IMG/VR virus record: IMGVR_UViG_3300028800_000009
Location: 1-64,000 of that record
Strand: one strand, 5' to 3'
Source of the DNA: a virus
DNA length: 64,000 nucleotides
The notes beneath the pieces are model-generated. The model was not told the origin of the DNA, did no database searches, and saw nothing but the letters and a program-made list of their open reading frames with translations. Of the stretch, positions 8,103 to 18,700 are shown one piece after another; the first letter of the stretch is position 1, and the number at the start of each line of letters is the position of its first letter. Both the position numbers and the translations under genes were made by a program.

Positions 8103-8816
8103 ATGAAATATGAATTCACTGGCGAGACCAAAATATCTTTTGGTGTTACCCTTAAGCGTATTCGCGCCCTCATCGAAATTAAATTATGGGGCGTCGCTAA
8201 GGGCGATCTCGGGGGATGGATCGAGAAAGAAGAAAATTTAGCCCGGGTCCACGGCGACGCCTGGGTCTCAGGCAATGCCCGGGTCTACGGCGACGCCCGG
8301 GTCTACGGCAACGCCCGGGTCTACGGCAACGCCCGGGTCTACGGCGACGCCCGGGTCTCCGGCGACGCCCGGGTCTACGGCAACGCCTGGGTCTCCGGCA
8401 ACGCCTGCGTCTCCGGCAACGCCTGGGTCTACGGCGACGCCCGGGTCTCCGGCAACGCCTGCGTCTCCGACGACGCCCGGGTCTCCGACGACGCCTGGGT
8501 CTACGGCGACGCCTGGGTCTCCGACGACGCCCGGGTCTACGGCGACGCCCGGGTCTACGGCAATGCCTGGGTCTCCGGCGACGCCCTGGTCTCTAAACCC
8601 ATTATCGTTGCTTCTCGTTCCGACGGTTATACTTTTCTTTGCGCGCCGCGAGAAAAGAAGCCTCCAGTTATTATTGCAGGATGCCGATATTTTACTTTTG
8701 GTGAAGCCCGAGAACACTGGGAAAAGACACGAGGTGGTACGCCTCTAGGCGATGAATCTTTAGCTCTCGTCGATCATTTGGAAAGAATGGCAAAAATTCA
8801 AGGGTGGGTAGAATGA
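8103..8816 (+). CDS. Hexapeptide-repeat (left-handed beta-helix) protein
   Basis: N-terminal LKRIRAL...GDLGGWIEKEENL followed by about 19 V(Y/S)(G/D)(D/N)A(R/W/C) repeats. Confidence 0.85.
   Translation: MKYEFTGETKISFGVTLKRIRALIEIKLWGVAKGDLGGWIEKEENLARVHGDAWVSGNARVYGDARVYGNARVYGNARVYGDARVSGDARVYGNAWVSGNACVSGNAWVYGDARVSGNACVSDDARVSDDAWVYGDAWVSDDARVYGDARVYGNAWVSGDALVSKPIIVASRSDGYTFLCAPREKKPPVIIAGCRYFTFGEAREHWEKTRGGTPLGDESLALVDHLERMAKIQGWVE
8252..8592. repeat. Coding 18-bp tandem repeat (cggc(g/a)acgcc(c/t)gggtct(a/c))
   Basis: Visible directly in the sequence. Confidence 0.9.
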
Positions 8817-9358
8817 CCGACGACATCGAATCTGCCCCCGATCCATCGAACGACGACCTCGCCGAAGTCTCGCGTCTCGCTAAGCGCGTCCTGGAGCTAT
8901 CCTCTACAATCGATGCGGCACAAGCCGAACTCGACGATATCGAGACGAAGGTCCTACCGGAGCTTATGGCTCTGGTAGGACTCGCCGAGTTCCGCCTCGA
9001 TAGCGGCGAGATCGTGAAGCGTGGGACCGTCGTCCGGGCGTCGATACCCGAAGAGCATCGCTACGAGGCCCACGCACGGCTCGCGGCGATGGGCCATGGC
9101 GATTTGGTCAAGCATGTTATCTCGCTCCAGTTCGGGAAGGGGGAGTCGCAGCAGGCGACGCGCGCCTATGACCTTCTTCGCCAAGAGTTCCCGGACCTTC
9201 CGATTGGGGATAAGGAGTCGGTTCACTCGGGCTCGCTCACGGCGCTGGTAAAGGAACTTCTCTCAAAAGGTCAAGACGTTCCGCTTGACCTTTTTGGCGT
9301 CTTCATCCGCCACGGTGTCACGATCAAGGCGGCGCGGCGAAAGAAGGAGGAATTATGA
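8813..9358 (+). CDS. Conserved phage replication-cluster protein
   Basis: LPELM...FRLDSG...GHGDLVK...VHSGSLTALVKE pattern, typical of genes near SSB and SNF2 helicase. Confidence 0.65.
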   Translation: MTDDIESAPDPSNDDLAEVSRLAKRVLELSSTIDAAQAELDDIETKVLPELMALVGLAEFRLDSGEIVKRGTVVRASIPEEHRYEAHARLAAMGHGDLVKHVISLQFGKGESQQATRAYDLLRQEFPDLPIGDKESVHSGSLTALVKELLSKGQDVPLDLFGVFIRHGVTIKAARRKKEEL

Positions 9359-10674
9359 AAATCGTCAAGTTCCAGGCCGAGCACTTCAAACGGCTCAAGG
9401 TCGTCGAAATCTCCCCCAGCGGCGATATGATTACGCTCGCCGGCAAGAATGGATCAGGGAAGTCCTCCGTCCTCGACGCGATCTACGCAGCCCTCGGCGG
9501 CCGGGACGCCGCGCCCGAGGTCGCAATCGCGCGCGGCGAGGAGAGCGCCCGTATCCGCCTCGACCTCGGCGAACTCGTCGTAACGCGAAAGTTCACCGCG
9601 AGGGATACCTCAGTCGTCGTCGAGGCGGCTAACGGCGCGCGTTTCCCGTCGCCCCAGCGGATGCTCGACGACTTAATCGGCGCTATCGCCTTCGACCCGC
9701 TTCGGTTCGTAAGGCTGAAGCCGAAGGAGCAGATGGATGAGCTTAGGAAACTCGTCGCCTTCGACGTCGACCTCGACGACCTCGTCCGCCTGAACGCCGC
9801 CGATTACGAGGTGCGGCGGGAGATAAATCGGAGGGCGGCGAGTCTCAGGGCGCAGGGAAGCGCAATCATCGTGCCGGACGATTGCGCTTCCGATCCGGTC
9901 GACGCGAAGGAGATACTCGACCGCCTCACGTCGGCGGGAGACGCGAACGGGAAGCTGGACTATGAGAGGCGTCGGCGCCGGAAACGTGCCGACGACGTCG
10001 AGTCGCTCCGAGTCTCGGCCCGTCTCAAACGCGAGCGGGCGGCGGAACTCAGGCTCGCGGCCGAGGCCCTCGACGGTTCAGCGCGGAAAGCCGACGACGA
10101 CGCGATCGCGATAACCGCCGAACTCGATGGCCTCGCGCCCGTCCCCGATCCGGTCGATGCAGCGGCGATACGGGCGGAATTGGCCGCTGCGGAGGTGATA
10201 AATTCCGCCGTCGCGCGACGCGCCGAGAAGCTCCAGCTCGAAGGAGCCGCGGCGGCCGAGGAGGTGAAGGCGGCAATCATCACAGAGACGATAGCGGGGC
10301 GCGAGAAGGAGCGCACCGAGGCCCTGGCTGCGGCTAAGTTTCCGATCGAGGGGTTAGCATTAGGGAAAGAGGAAGTTCTCTATCGCGAACTCCCTCTTTC
10401 CCTCGCCTCCTCCGGCGAGCAGATACGGGTATCGATGGCCATTGCGATGGCGATGAACCCGACCCTCCGGGTCATATCCATTCGGGAGGGATCGTTCTTA
10501 GACCAAGAAGGTCTAAGAACGATCGCCGAGATGGCGCGGGAGAAGGGTTATCAGGTCTGGGTCGAAGACAACCGGTCGACCGACCCTATGGCGATCGTGA
10601 TGGAAGACGGGAGCGTCTCGGAGTGCCCCGGCCACGTCGCGTCGGAGGCGGACCCGACCCGACGAGCCCGCTAA
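9355..10674 (+). CDS. SMC/Rad50-like coiled-coil ATPase
   Basis: Walker A GKNGSGKSS, long coiled coil, signature-like ASSGEQ. Confidence 0.85.
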   Translation: MKIVKFQAEHFKRLKVVEISPSGDMITLAGKNGSGKSSVLDAIYAALGGRDAAPEVAIARGEESARIRLDLGELVVTRKFTARDTSVVVEAANGARFPSPQRMLDDLIGAIAFDPLRFVRLKPKEQMDELRKLVAFDVDLDDLVRLNAADYEVRREINRRAASLRAQGSAIIVPDDCASDPVDAKEILDRLTSAGDANGKLDYERRRRRKRADDVESLRVSARLKRERAAELRLAAEALDGSARKADDDAIAITAELDGLAPVPDPVDAAAIRAELAAAEVINSAVARRAEKLQLEGAAAAEEVKAAIITETIAGREKERTEALAAAKFPIEGLALGKEEVLYRELPLSLASSGEQIRVSMAIAMAMNPTLRVISIREGSFLDQEGLRTIAEMAREKGYQVWVEDNRSTDPMAIVMEDGSVSECPGHVASEADPTRRAR

Positions 10675-10696
10675 TTCCCCCCTAGCGGGTTAACTA

Positions 10697-10732
10697 CCGG
10701 GGCGCGTTCCCCCGAGCGCGCCCCGGCTTTTT
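10697..10732 (+). terminator. Rho-independent terminator
   Basis: ccggggcgcg-loop-cgcgccccgg followed by cttttt. Confidence 0.7.
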
Positions 10733-10744
10733 CGAGAGGATATT

Positions 10745-11050
10745 ATGGCTATGAAGAAGAAGATTAACTGGAAAGCGCGGGCGCTTGAATCGGAGCAGGA
10801 CCACGATATTATCCGCTTCGAGTTCGAGCGCCCGATCCCGATAATCCTCTTCTGCCCGATGTGCGGACTTCGCCATATCGACGTCGGCGAGTTCTCGGAG
10901 AAGCCCCACCATACCCATGCCTGTCAGGGCTGTGGCTTCGTCTGGCGGCCATCGACGCGCTTCACGGTCGGGGTCCAGTTCCTCCCCGATTTCAAGGACG
11001 ACCCCGAGGCGATTAAGCGTTGGGAGAAAGCTCAAAAGGTGCCGTTGTGA
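10745..11050 (+). CDS. Zinc-ribbon hypothetical protein
   Basis: CPMC...H...CQGC; SD gagagga. Confidence 0.65.
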   Translation: MAMKKKINWKARALESEQDHDIIRFEFERPIPIILFCPMCGLRHIDVGEFSEKPHHTHACQGCGFVWRPSTRFTVGVQFLPDFKDDPEAIKRWEKAQKVPL

Positions 11051-11637
11051 ACCACATCATGATAGACCTGGAGACCCTCGGCGTCGGAACCTTCCCCGCA
11101 CTCCTCTCGATTGGCGCGGTCGTCTTCGATCCGGAGAGCGGGGTATTACCTCCGACTCCTAATCTTGAAGCATCTGCGAGCAGTTGGATGATGCGCTTAA
11201 TCAGCGTCGAGAGTTGCCTTCGCCTCGGCGCTACGGTTTCCGATTCGACACTCGCCTGCTGGGCTTCCCCCGAACTCGACGCCGCCCGCCCGGGGACGTT
11301 CGGGGGAACTTATCCCATAAAAGACGCGATCAATGACTTAAATATATTCGTATGCCATTACGGCGCGCAGCGGGTATGGTTCCACGGTTTGACTTTCGAC
11401 GTCGCTATCCTTACGAGGTACGCCGAGCTTGTCGGTTTATCCTGGCAGTTCGACTATCGCGCCGGCCGCGACACGCGGACGCTCTTCGACCTCGCGCCGG
11501 AAGTCGTCCGTGAAGCGTTCGCGGATAAGCCGTCCGAGTTTATTAAGCACAACGCGGTCTGGGACGCGTGGCTCCAAGCGAAAGCCGTTTGCAAAGTCTA
11601 CGCTGAACTGAGGAATTGTCAGTGGTTCGCGGGCTAA
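11047..11637 (+). CDS. DEDDh 3'-5' exonuclease
   Basis: HIMIDLETLG, FDVAIL, RDTRTL, HNAVWDA. Confidence 0.85.
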   Translation: MNHIMIDLETLGVGTFPALLSIGAVVFDPESGVLPPTPNLEASASSWMMRLISVESCLRLGATVSDSTLACWASPELDAARPGTFGGTYPIKDAINDLNIFVCHYGAQRVWFHGLTFDVAILTRYAELVGLSWQFDYRAGRDTRTLFDLAPEVVREAFADKPSEFIKHNAVWDAWLQAKAVCKVYAELRNCQWFAG

Positions 11638-11732
11638 AGCTCCGATCTTCCTCTATCCCGGCGGCCGACCGCCGCTGGCATGCCGCTCGCCGGGAGCGGC
11701 TTACATCCCCCGGCTGCCAAGAAGGAGTAATC

Positions 11733-12638
11733 ATGACTGAGAAGAAGCACCAGGACACCGAAGCAAAGAACCTGCCGGAAGAGATACCGCCAAAGCGCGA
11801 AGAGAATCGCGCTTTGGCCGTCGTCGATTACGGCGATCAGGCCGGCGCCGGCGCCGAGGGGATGAGCCAGGACGACTACAAGATTCCGCTGTTGCGAATC
11901 CTCCAGACCAATTCGCCCCAGGTCGACGGCGAGAAGAAGATCGAGGGGGCGGTTGCGGGGATGATCTTCAATACGGCGACCCAGGAGTTTTGGGACGTGA
12001 CGAAACAAAAATTAATTTTCGTTCCGTCACAACGAGACCGGAACTTCGTCGAGTATATCCCGCGCGAGCCGTGGGGCGGCGGTTTCGTCGGAACGCGGAA
12101 GCCGGACGATCCGCTCGTCCTTAAGCTTCTCAAAGAGCAGGGGAAGTTCGGGAAGCTGAAGTATGCCGAAGGGACGACACTCGCGACGACCGGCCAGCAG
12201 GTCCCGACCGAGATCAGCGATACGTTCTACCTCTACGGTATCGTTGTGACGCCGTACGGGGTCCCCCAGCGCGCGGTCATCCCGTTTACCTCGACCCAAA
12301 TCCCGAAATACCAGGCATGGGCCGCGGTCTACGATAACACGCGCTACCCCGGGAAGAACCGCTCGCTCATCCTCCCCCCGGTGTGGTGCCACCGCTACGC
12401 GCTCGGGACCCGCGCCGAATCGAACAAGAAGGGGCGTTTCTACGGCTGGACGCTCGGCTTCGAGAAGAGCCCGTCGATCGAGAGCCGGATCGATGCGCGG
12501 GAAGGCCATCCCGAGTTCGACCCGCTGGCGAAGATGGCGTCGGAGTTTTACGATATGATCAAGCGGGGCGCGGCGAAGATCGACCGCGATGCCGAGCAGG
12601 CCGCCGGCGTCGAGAAGGACGAAGAAGTTCCGTTCTAG
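11733..12638 (+). CDS. Putative single-stranded DNA-binding protein
   Basis: SD aaggag; IPLLRILQTNSPQV family motif; acidic tail ending in Phe (EKDEEVPF). Confidence 0.6.
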   Translation: MTEKKHQDTEAKNLPEEIPPKREENRALAVVDYGDQAGAGAEGMSQDDYKIPLLRILQTNSPQVDGEKKIEGAVAGMIFNTATQEFWDVTKQKLIFVPSQRDRNFVEYIPREPWGGGFVGTRKPDDPLVLKLLKEQGKFGKLKYAEGTTLATTGQQVPTEISDTFYLYGIVVTPYGVPQRAVIPFTSTQIPKYQAWAAVYDNTRYPGKNRSLILPPVWCHRYALGTRAESNKKGRFYGWTLGFEKSPSIESRIDAREGHPEFDPLAKMASEFYDMIKRGAAKIDRDAEQAAGVEKDEEVPF

Positions 12639-12824
12639 ATGAAGCTTGTTCGATCCAACGGTAGTGAGCTTACGGTAAGGGATACGGGGCCGGTCGTTTT
12701 CCGGCTCCGTGCCTCGCCGGGCGCCCCGTTACCGTTGTTGGATGAAGTTATGGAAGAGGAGGAAGCCAGGATCATCCTTCGAACGCTCCTGGCTTCCCGC
12801 CGCTACGAAGGGGGTAAGGTATGA
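12639..12824 (+). CDS. Hypothetical protein
   Basis: Coupled to both neighbours. Confidence 0.45.
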   Translation: MKLVRSNGSELTVRDTGPVVFRLRASPGAPLPLLDEVMEEEEARIILRTLLASRRYEGGKV

Positions 12825-13312
12825 CGATACTCTGCGACCGCGACTTGCTCGAACTCATGAGGGATGGCCTCATTTCCCCATTCGACCCGGAGATGATCAA
12901 TCCGGCGAGCATTGATATCCGGGTTGGTCGAACGGCGATCGTCGAGGGCAATGACGGCCTTAACGTCCCACTGACGCTAGGCGAGTACGGCCTCCTCGTC
13001 GCCCCTGGGGAGACGGTCCTGATCTCGACGATGGAGACCTTCGATATCCCGAACGGGTATGCGATGGACCTGCGCCTCAAGTCATCGATCGCTCGGCGGG
13101 GGTGGAACCACGCCCTCGCGTTCTGGGTTGATCCCGGGTGGCGTGGGGTACTTACGATGGAGGTGACGAATAAACTCCGCTACAACCACCTGATCCTGAC
13201 GCCGGGCGAGCGTTTCGCCCAGGTGATCGTCCACGAGCTATCGGCGCCATCGGCCCGGCCATACGCCGGGAAATATAAGGATTCCAACGCAGTATCGGGA
13301 GAACGGAAATGA
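12821..13312 (+). CDS. dcd: dCTP deaminase (trimeric dUTPase superfamily)
   Basis: NPASIDIR, KSSIARRG, VDPGWRGVLTME, YAGKY. Confidence 0.85.
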   Translation: MTILCDRDLLELMRDGLISPFDPEMINPASIDIRVGRTAIVEGNDGLNVPLTLGEYGLLVAPGETVLISTMETFDIPNGYAMDLRLKSSIARRGWNHALAFWVDPGWRGVLTMEVTNKLRYNHLILTPGERFAQVIVHELSAPSARPYAGKYKDSNAVSGERK

Positions 13313-13459
13313 GCGAAAGATACAAGATCGAACGCGAGAACGGCGATCGGCCGAGCCTTTCCTGCTACGAGATTGTCGATACCGTCGAAGGCCGGGTATT
13401 GGCAACCCGGCTCCTCTACCGCGATGCTGAAAAGATTGCGATGACCCTCAACAAATCAC

Positions 13460-13488
13460 TTTAACTCCGCCGAGGGATAGGTTATATA
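13460..13488 (+). promoter_or_regulatory. Putative sigma70-type early promoter
   Basis: TTTAAC-17bp-TATATA. Confidence 0.55.
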
Positions 13489-13525
13489 GGTTGGACTGTT
13501 TCGGACCCAACCGGGAGAATCAAGC

Positions 13526-14176
13526 ATGAATCAGATCACCAAGTTTTTCGTCGTCGACTACCGTCTATTGAACGATATCAAGATCGCTGAATATCCAACC
13601 GAGGAGGAAGCTCGCACGAACTGCCCGTCCGAGGGCGGCGCGAGCGTCGTTACCTCCGAGGAAGCGCTCCGCGCCTTCGACGGACCAATCCTCGTCGCGG
13701 TGTACAACCGTATCCGCCGCGGCGCCATGATCAAACGGTTCGAGAGCAAGGAAGCCGGCGTCCGCCGTGTCTGGGTTCTTTTGGAGAACTACGACCCGGC
13801 GCTGATCAATCCCTCGGCTTCGCCCGAGGTTCCCAAAACCGAACCGACGACGGGCGAAGCCGCCGGCGACAAAGAGGAGGCCGATATGGCCGCAAAGACG
13901 AAGTCCAAACGCAAGTCCGCCGGCCGCGGCGTCAAGAAAACGAGCGCGCGCGCGCGTTCGTCCGATACGAAGCGCGCGCGTATCTCCGACGACGCGAAGA
14001 TCACGGTCCTCGCGGCCGAAAACCCGAAGAAGCCCGGCTCGGAGGCTTTCAAACGCTTCGAGAAATACCGGACCGGCTCGAAGGTCTCGACGACGCTCGC
14101 GAACGGCGTCACGCGCGCCGATCTGTCGTGGGACCGCGCCCACGGCTTCATTGCGATCGAGAACCCGAAGGAATAA
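13526..14176 (+). CDS. Hypothetical protein with a basic linker and an NPKKPGS...ADLSWD C-terminal domain
   Basis: Leader gggagaatcaagcATG; Lys/Arg-rich middle suggests DNA binding. Confidence 0.7.
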   Translation: MNQITKFFVVDYRLLNDIKIAEYPTEEEARTNCPSEGGASVVTSEEALRAFDGPILVAVYNRIRRGAMIKRFESKEAGVRRVWVLLENYDPALINPSASPEVPKTEPTTGEAAGDKEEADMAAKTKSKRKSAGRGVKKTSARARSSDTKRARISDDAKITVLAAENPKKPGSEAFKRFEKYRTGSKVSTTLANGVTRADLSWDRAHGFIAIENPKE

Positions 14177-14197
14177 TACCTCCGGGGAGGGTAGGAT

Positions 14198-15148
14198 ATG
14201 GGCCTTAAATCCGCGGTAGCGTTCTTCAAAGGGATACCTGACCGGACGAGGGATATCTATTCCTTTGACGAGGGTTGGATGTATACCTCGGCCCTCTCCC
14301 TCGACGCGGCCTACCCGGTCCCCCATATGCTCGGGAAGTTTGGCCTTACCGCTTCCGACCTCGACGCCGCCGTAACCCGGTTCGCCGGGGAGCCGCGGGT
14401 CGAGGCCGGTGACGGGACACTCGTCCTCAAATCCGGGCGACTGAAGAGTTCCATCGACCTCGTCGACGTCGACGAGCCGAGTCAGGCGCTCCATAAAACC
14501 GTGCCGAACCCGGACGCGATACCGGAGAACCTCCTCGAAGCGATCGAGAGGGTCCTACCGTTCGCTGCTAGCGACGGGACGTGGCAGAAGTCGGTCGAGC
14601 TATCGAAGGGGAAGGTCCGGGCGATTGATTCCTATCACGGCGCCTCGGCGGAGGTCCCCGGGCTCGACCTCGGCGATCCTCTCCCGTTGCCCGCGGATAC
14701 CCTCAAATTCATCGTATCGCGGGAGGCGCCGATCGGGATCAAGCGGCTCCCCTCGGCGCTCGCTATCTTCTGGGCCTCCGGAGCGTGGGTCCTGCTTAGG
14801 CTCTCGACCCAGGCGTGGCCTTCGCTGGCGGACAGTATCTTCGCCAAGGCGAAGGATGCGGAGACGCCGGTCGCCTTTACCGACGAATGGCGCGAGGCGT
14901 TCGTCGACGTCGCCGCCCTCGGGGACGGATATATCGACCTCGCCCCGGACGGCCTGACCGCGAAGACGGCTCACGCCGAGGCTCGCGCGGAGCTACCGAC
15001 AGGCGCGGCCGGTAGCTCGCGCTGGCGGCGGGCGAACCTCGCCGACGTAATGAAAGTCGCCACCCACTGGGATCCCGACGCTCCGGCCCCGGCCCCGTTC
15101 CGCGGCGATGGGATCGTCGGTATCGTCGCGGGCGTGAGGACGAAGTAA
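14198..15148 (+). CDS. Phage sliding clamp (DNA polymerase III beta-like)
   Basis: Size, C-terminal PAPFRGDGIVGIVAGVR and position beside PolB resemble phage-encoded replicative clamps. Confidence 0.7.
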   Translation: MGLKSAVAFFKGIPDRTRDIYSFDEGWMYTSALSLDAAYPVPHMLGKFGLTASDLDAAVTRFAGEPRVEAGDGTLVLKSGRLKSSIDLVDVDEPSQALHKTVPNPDAIPENLLEAIERVLPFAASDGTWQKSVELSKGKVRAIDSYHGASAEVPGLDLGDPLPLPADTLKFIVSREAPIGIKRLPSALAIFWASGAWVLLRLSTQAWPSLADSIFAKAKDAETPVAFTDEWREAFVDVAALGDGYIDLAPDGLTAKTAHAEARAELPTGAAGSSRWRRANLADVMKVATHWDPDAPAPAPFRGDGIVGIVAGVRTK

Positions 15149-15149
15149 A

Positions 15150-15731
15150 GTGGGGAACCGTATATCGGCGCTCCTTCACACCCATTCTATCGCGCCGGAT
15201 AAGGCTAACCGTCATCCATCCGATTTTTATCGCACGCCACCTATCGGAACCGAGCGCTTACTCGATTACGAACAGTTACGCGGCACGGTATGGGAACCGG
15301 CGTGCGGCGACGGGGCGATCAGCGAAGTCCTAAAGGCCCGCGGGATTAAAGTTATCTCGACTGACCTCTATAATCGCGGCTATGGCCGGTCCGGGGTAGA
15401 CTTCCTTACGGCCAAACCGCCGAAAGACTTCGCCCATATCCTTACGAACCCACCTTTCAAACTGATCGAGCCGTTCGTCGCGCGAGCCCTAGAAGTAACG
15501 CCGCGGAAGGTAATTATCCTCGCGCGTCTACTCTGGTTAGAAGGGAAGACGCGCCGGAAGTTCTTCTTAAAGGCGCCATTAAAGCGTATTTGGGTCTCAT
15601 CCTCCCGCCTGAACGTCTCGCGCGGCGGTAAGGACTACGGCGACGGAGGGGAGGGCGGAATGGTTGCCTTCGCCTGGTACGTCTTCGAGCGCGGATATAA
15701 AGGGAAACCAGAGCTAGGATGGCTACCATGA
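15150..15731 (+). CDS. Amino (N6A/N4C) DNA methyltransferase-like protein
   Basis: DFYRTP, SAM-binding WEPACGDG, catalytic TNPPF, AFAWYVF. Confidence 0.8.
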   Translation: MGNRISALLHTHSIAPDKANRHPSDFYRTPPIGTERLLDYEQLRGTVWEPACGDGAISEVLKARGIKVISTDLYNRGYGRSGVDFLTAKPPKDFAHILTNPPFKLIEPFVARALEVTPRKVIILARLLWLEGKTRRKFFLKAPLKRIWVSSSRLNVSRGGKDYGDGGEGGMVAFAWYVFERGYKGKPELGWLP

Positions 15732-15738
15732 GGAAACG

Positions 15739-18700
15739 ATGCCAGGCATAAAGTTCGGCGGCGCGAAAGCCAAGAAGAAGGTGAAAGAAGACGGCGACCT
15801 ACTTTCTCTCGCTTCGGGGAAAGATGAGGGTCTTCTTCTTTCCCCCTCCGACTCCTGGTCCGAGGTCTGGAAAGGGATGCCAACCTACGAGATGGGGTCG
15901 ACCGAAGCCTTCCGAAAGGTAACGATCCATCTCCGCGATCCTGGAGAGTTAGAGGACCTCTCCAGGATGCTCGGGATCGATTTAACCGACCGGACCTCGA
16001 CCGTCTATCTCTCCCGCGACGAGGACTACGTCGCGCCGAAGGAGCTAATCTACGAGAGCGACGATCCGAGGCCGCCGCGCTACCCGGTCTACGTCATCTC
16101 CAAGGGGCGTTGGGATACGCCGCTAACGGCCGAGGCCCTCCGCGCGATCGGCGTTCCACATAAGGTCGTCATCGAACCTTCCGAGGCCTCCCGGTACGAG
16201 GAGGCGCTGGGTAAGGAGCGTCTTCTCGTCGCCCCGGAAGACTTCTCGAAACGCGGCGAGGGCGGTATCCCCGTCCGTAACTTTGTTTGGGAGACGGCCG
16301 TCGCGAGCGGAGCGAAGCGGCATTGGATCCTGGACGATAACATTCACGGGTTTCTACGATTGAACAGGAATCGGAGAATCCCCGTGTCGGGGCCGTCGAT
16401 TTTCCGCGCAGCCGAAGACTTCTCCGACCGCTACGAGAACGTCGCGCTGTCGGGCTTCAACTATATGTACCTAGCGCGGGACAATCAAGAGCTACCGCCT
16501 TTCTGTTTGAACACGCGTATCTACTCGATGATCCTGATCAATCACGATCTGGATCTCCCGGAGCGTTGGCGGGGTCGGTATAACGAGGATACGGACCTTT
16601 CCTTACGCGCCCTCAAGGCCGGATGGGCGACTGTGCTCTTTAACGCGTTCCTCGGGGATAAGGCGCCGACCCTGACGATGAAGGGCGGCAACGCGGAGAT
16701 ATACGCCGACAGCGATCGTCGGCGCGAGTTCGCGGAGAGCCTTAAGGCCCAGCACCCGGACGTCGTCGAGGTCGTCTGGCGCTACGAACGCTGGCACCAC
16801 GAGGTCAACTATCGGCCTTTCGCCGGAAACCGGCTGATCCCGAGGAAGGATCAGCCGGTTTCCGCCGGCGAATACGGAATGAGGATCGCGCGCAGCTCCC
16901 GGACGGGCCGCTATGTCCCCCCGCCGCTCGCCCCGGTCGTTATTACGATGGCGCCGAGGAAAGCGGAGGCTCTTCCAAAAGAACCCGTAGAAATAAAAGA
17001 AGAGCCTCCGCTTTCCTCGGTTTCCCTAACCCCACGCTCCTCTAAGCCGGAGAACGCCGCCCCCGTCGTTTTCGCCCCCCGCGCCGCTAAAACGACGATG
17101 TTGAGCGCCCCCGAGGCGAACCGCTACGTCGACCCCTTCCTTCGCTCTATCGAGCCCCAGCTTAAGGTCTGGGATACCGAGCTATACCCGCCGAAGTTCG
17201 ACTACGCGACGTGGCCGTGGGGCGATAAGTCCTTCGTCGTCGCCGACGTCGAGGTATTCGAGAATTTTTTCCTCGTGGCGGTCAAGCGTTTGCAGGATGG
17301 CAAACGCTTGACCTTCGAGCTTAGCGATCGCTCCCCGAAGCTTAATCGGATCGAGCTAGAGACCGTGATGCTGAATAATTGTATCGTCACGTTCAACGGC
17401 AATAACTTCGACCTCCCGATCATCGGGATGGCGCTGCTCGGCTTCGATAACCGTAAGCTCAAGGAGGCATCGAATCGGATCATTCGCGAGGGGATCAAGT
17501 CGTGGGATATTGAACGTGAATTCGGGGTTCGACTTCCCAAGTTCAATTCGATCGATCTTATGGAGCCCAACCCGAGCGTACGGATGGGGCTTAAGATGCT
17601 CCACGCGCGGCTGAACGGTCGCTTCATCGTCGATCTTCCGTTCGAGGATGTCGAACTGAGTAGCCGCGAGATGAACGTCGCGACGCTCTACTGCCTTAAC
17701 GACCTCGACGCGACCGAGGGACTCTGTAACGCCCTCCGGGAACCGCTCGACCTTCGTCGCGCCCTCTCGGGCCAGTACGGAATGGACCTGCGCTCGAAGA
17801 GTGACGCCCAAGTCGGGGAAGCGATCGTAAAGAGCCGGGTGGGGATTAGGGGGAACCCGAAAGACGGTATCCCTTCGATACAGTCTTTCGGGTATTCTGT
17901 CCCCAGCTTTGTATCCTTCGAAAGCCCAGCCCTCCGCGAAGTCCTCCGTAGCCTCCGCGAGACGACCTTCCACATCAACGGCTCCGGTCGCGTCGAGACC
18001 CCGGATTGGCTTAAGGACCTTTCTATACCTCTAGGCTCGGCCGCGTATACGATGGGAATAGGCGGTCTTCATTCGACCGAGGGCTCGCGCGCCATTCTCT
18101 CGGACGAAGAGAACGTCCTCGTCGATATCGACGTCTCTAGCCAGTATCCGAGGATCATCCTCAAGCTCGGGCTCTACCCGAAGGCGCTCGGGCCGAAGTT
18201 CCTCGACGTTTACCGCGAACTGACGGACGAGCGCGTCGCCGCGAAAGCGGCCGGCGATAAGACGAAGGCCGATGGCGGTAAAATCGCGCTGAACGGGGTG
18301 TACGGCAAGCTCGGATCGTCCTATTCGATCCTCTACGCCCCGGACCTGATGATCGCGACGACCCTGACCGGCCAGCTCTCGCTCTTGATGTTGATTGAGC
18401 GCCTTGAAGCCGCGGGGATACCCGTGGCTTCAGGCAACACGGATGGCGTGCTCCCGTTCGTGAAACGATCGAAGCTGAAGGAATTAGCTTCGATCGTTTC
18501 GCGATGGGAGGCCGAAACCGGTTTCGCGATCGAGCGGACGGAGTACGACGCGATCTACAACTCGTCCGTCAATTCTTATATCGCGGTAAAGCCCGGCGGA
18601 AAGACCAAGATCAAGGGGCCGCTCGCTAACCCATGGCGCGAGGGGAATCTCCGCGAGATGCTATCGAAGAACCCCCAGATGACGATCCTCTCGGACGCGC

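Noticed and set aside
8252-8592. CRISPR-like array
   Set aside because: Contiguous 18-bp coding repeats with no unique spacers and no cas genes
16850-17230. Intein or intron explaining the large polymerase ORF
   Set aside because: No C/S...HN splice motifs or LAGLIDADG/HNH motifs; the extra sequence is N-terminal and has glycosyltransferase motifs
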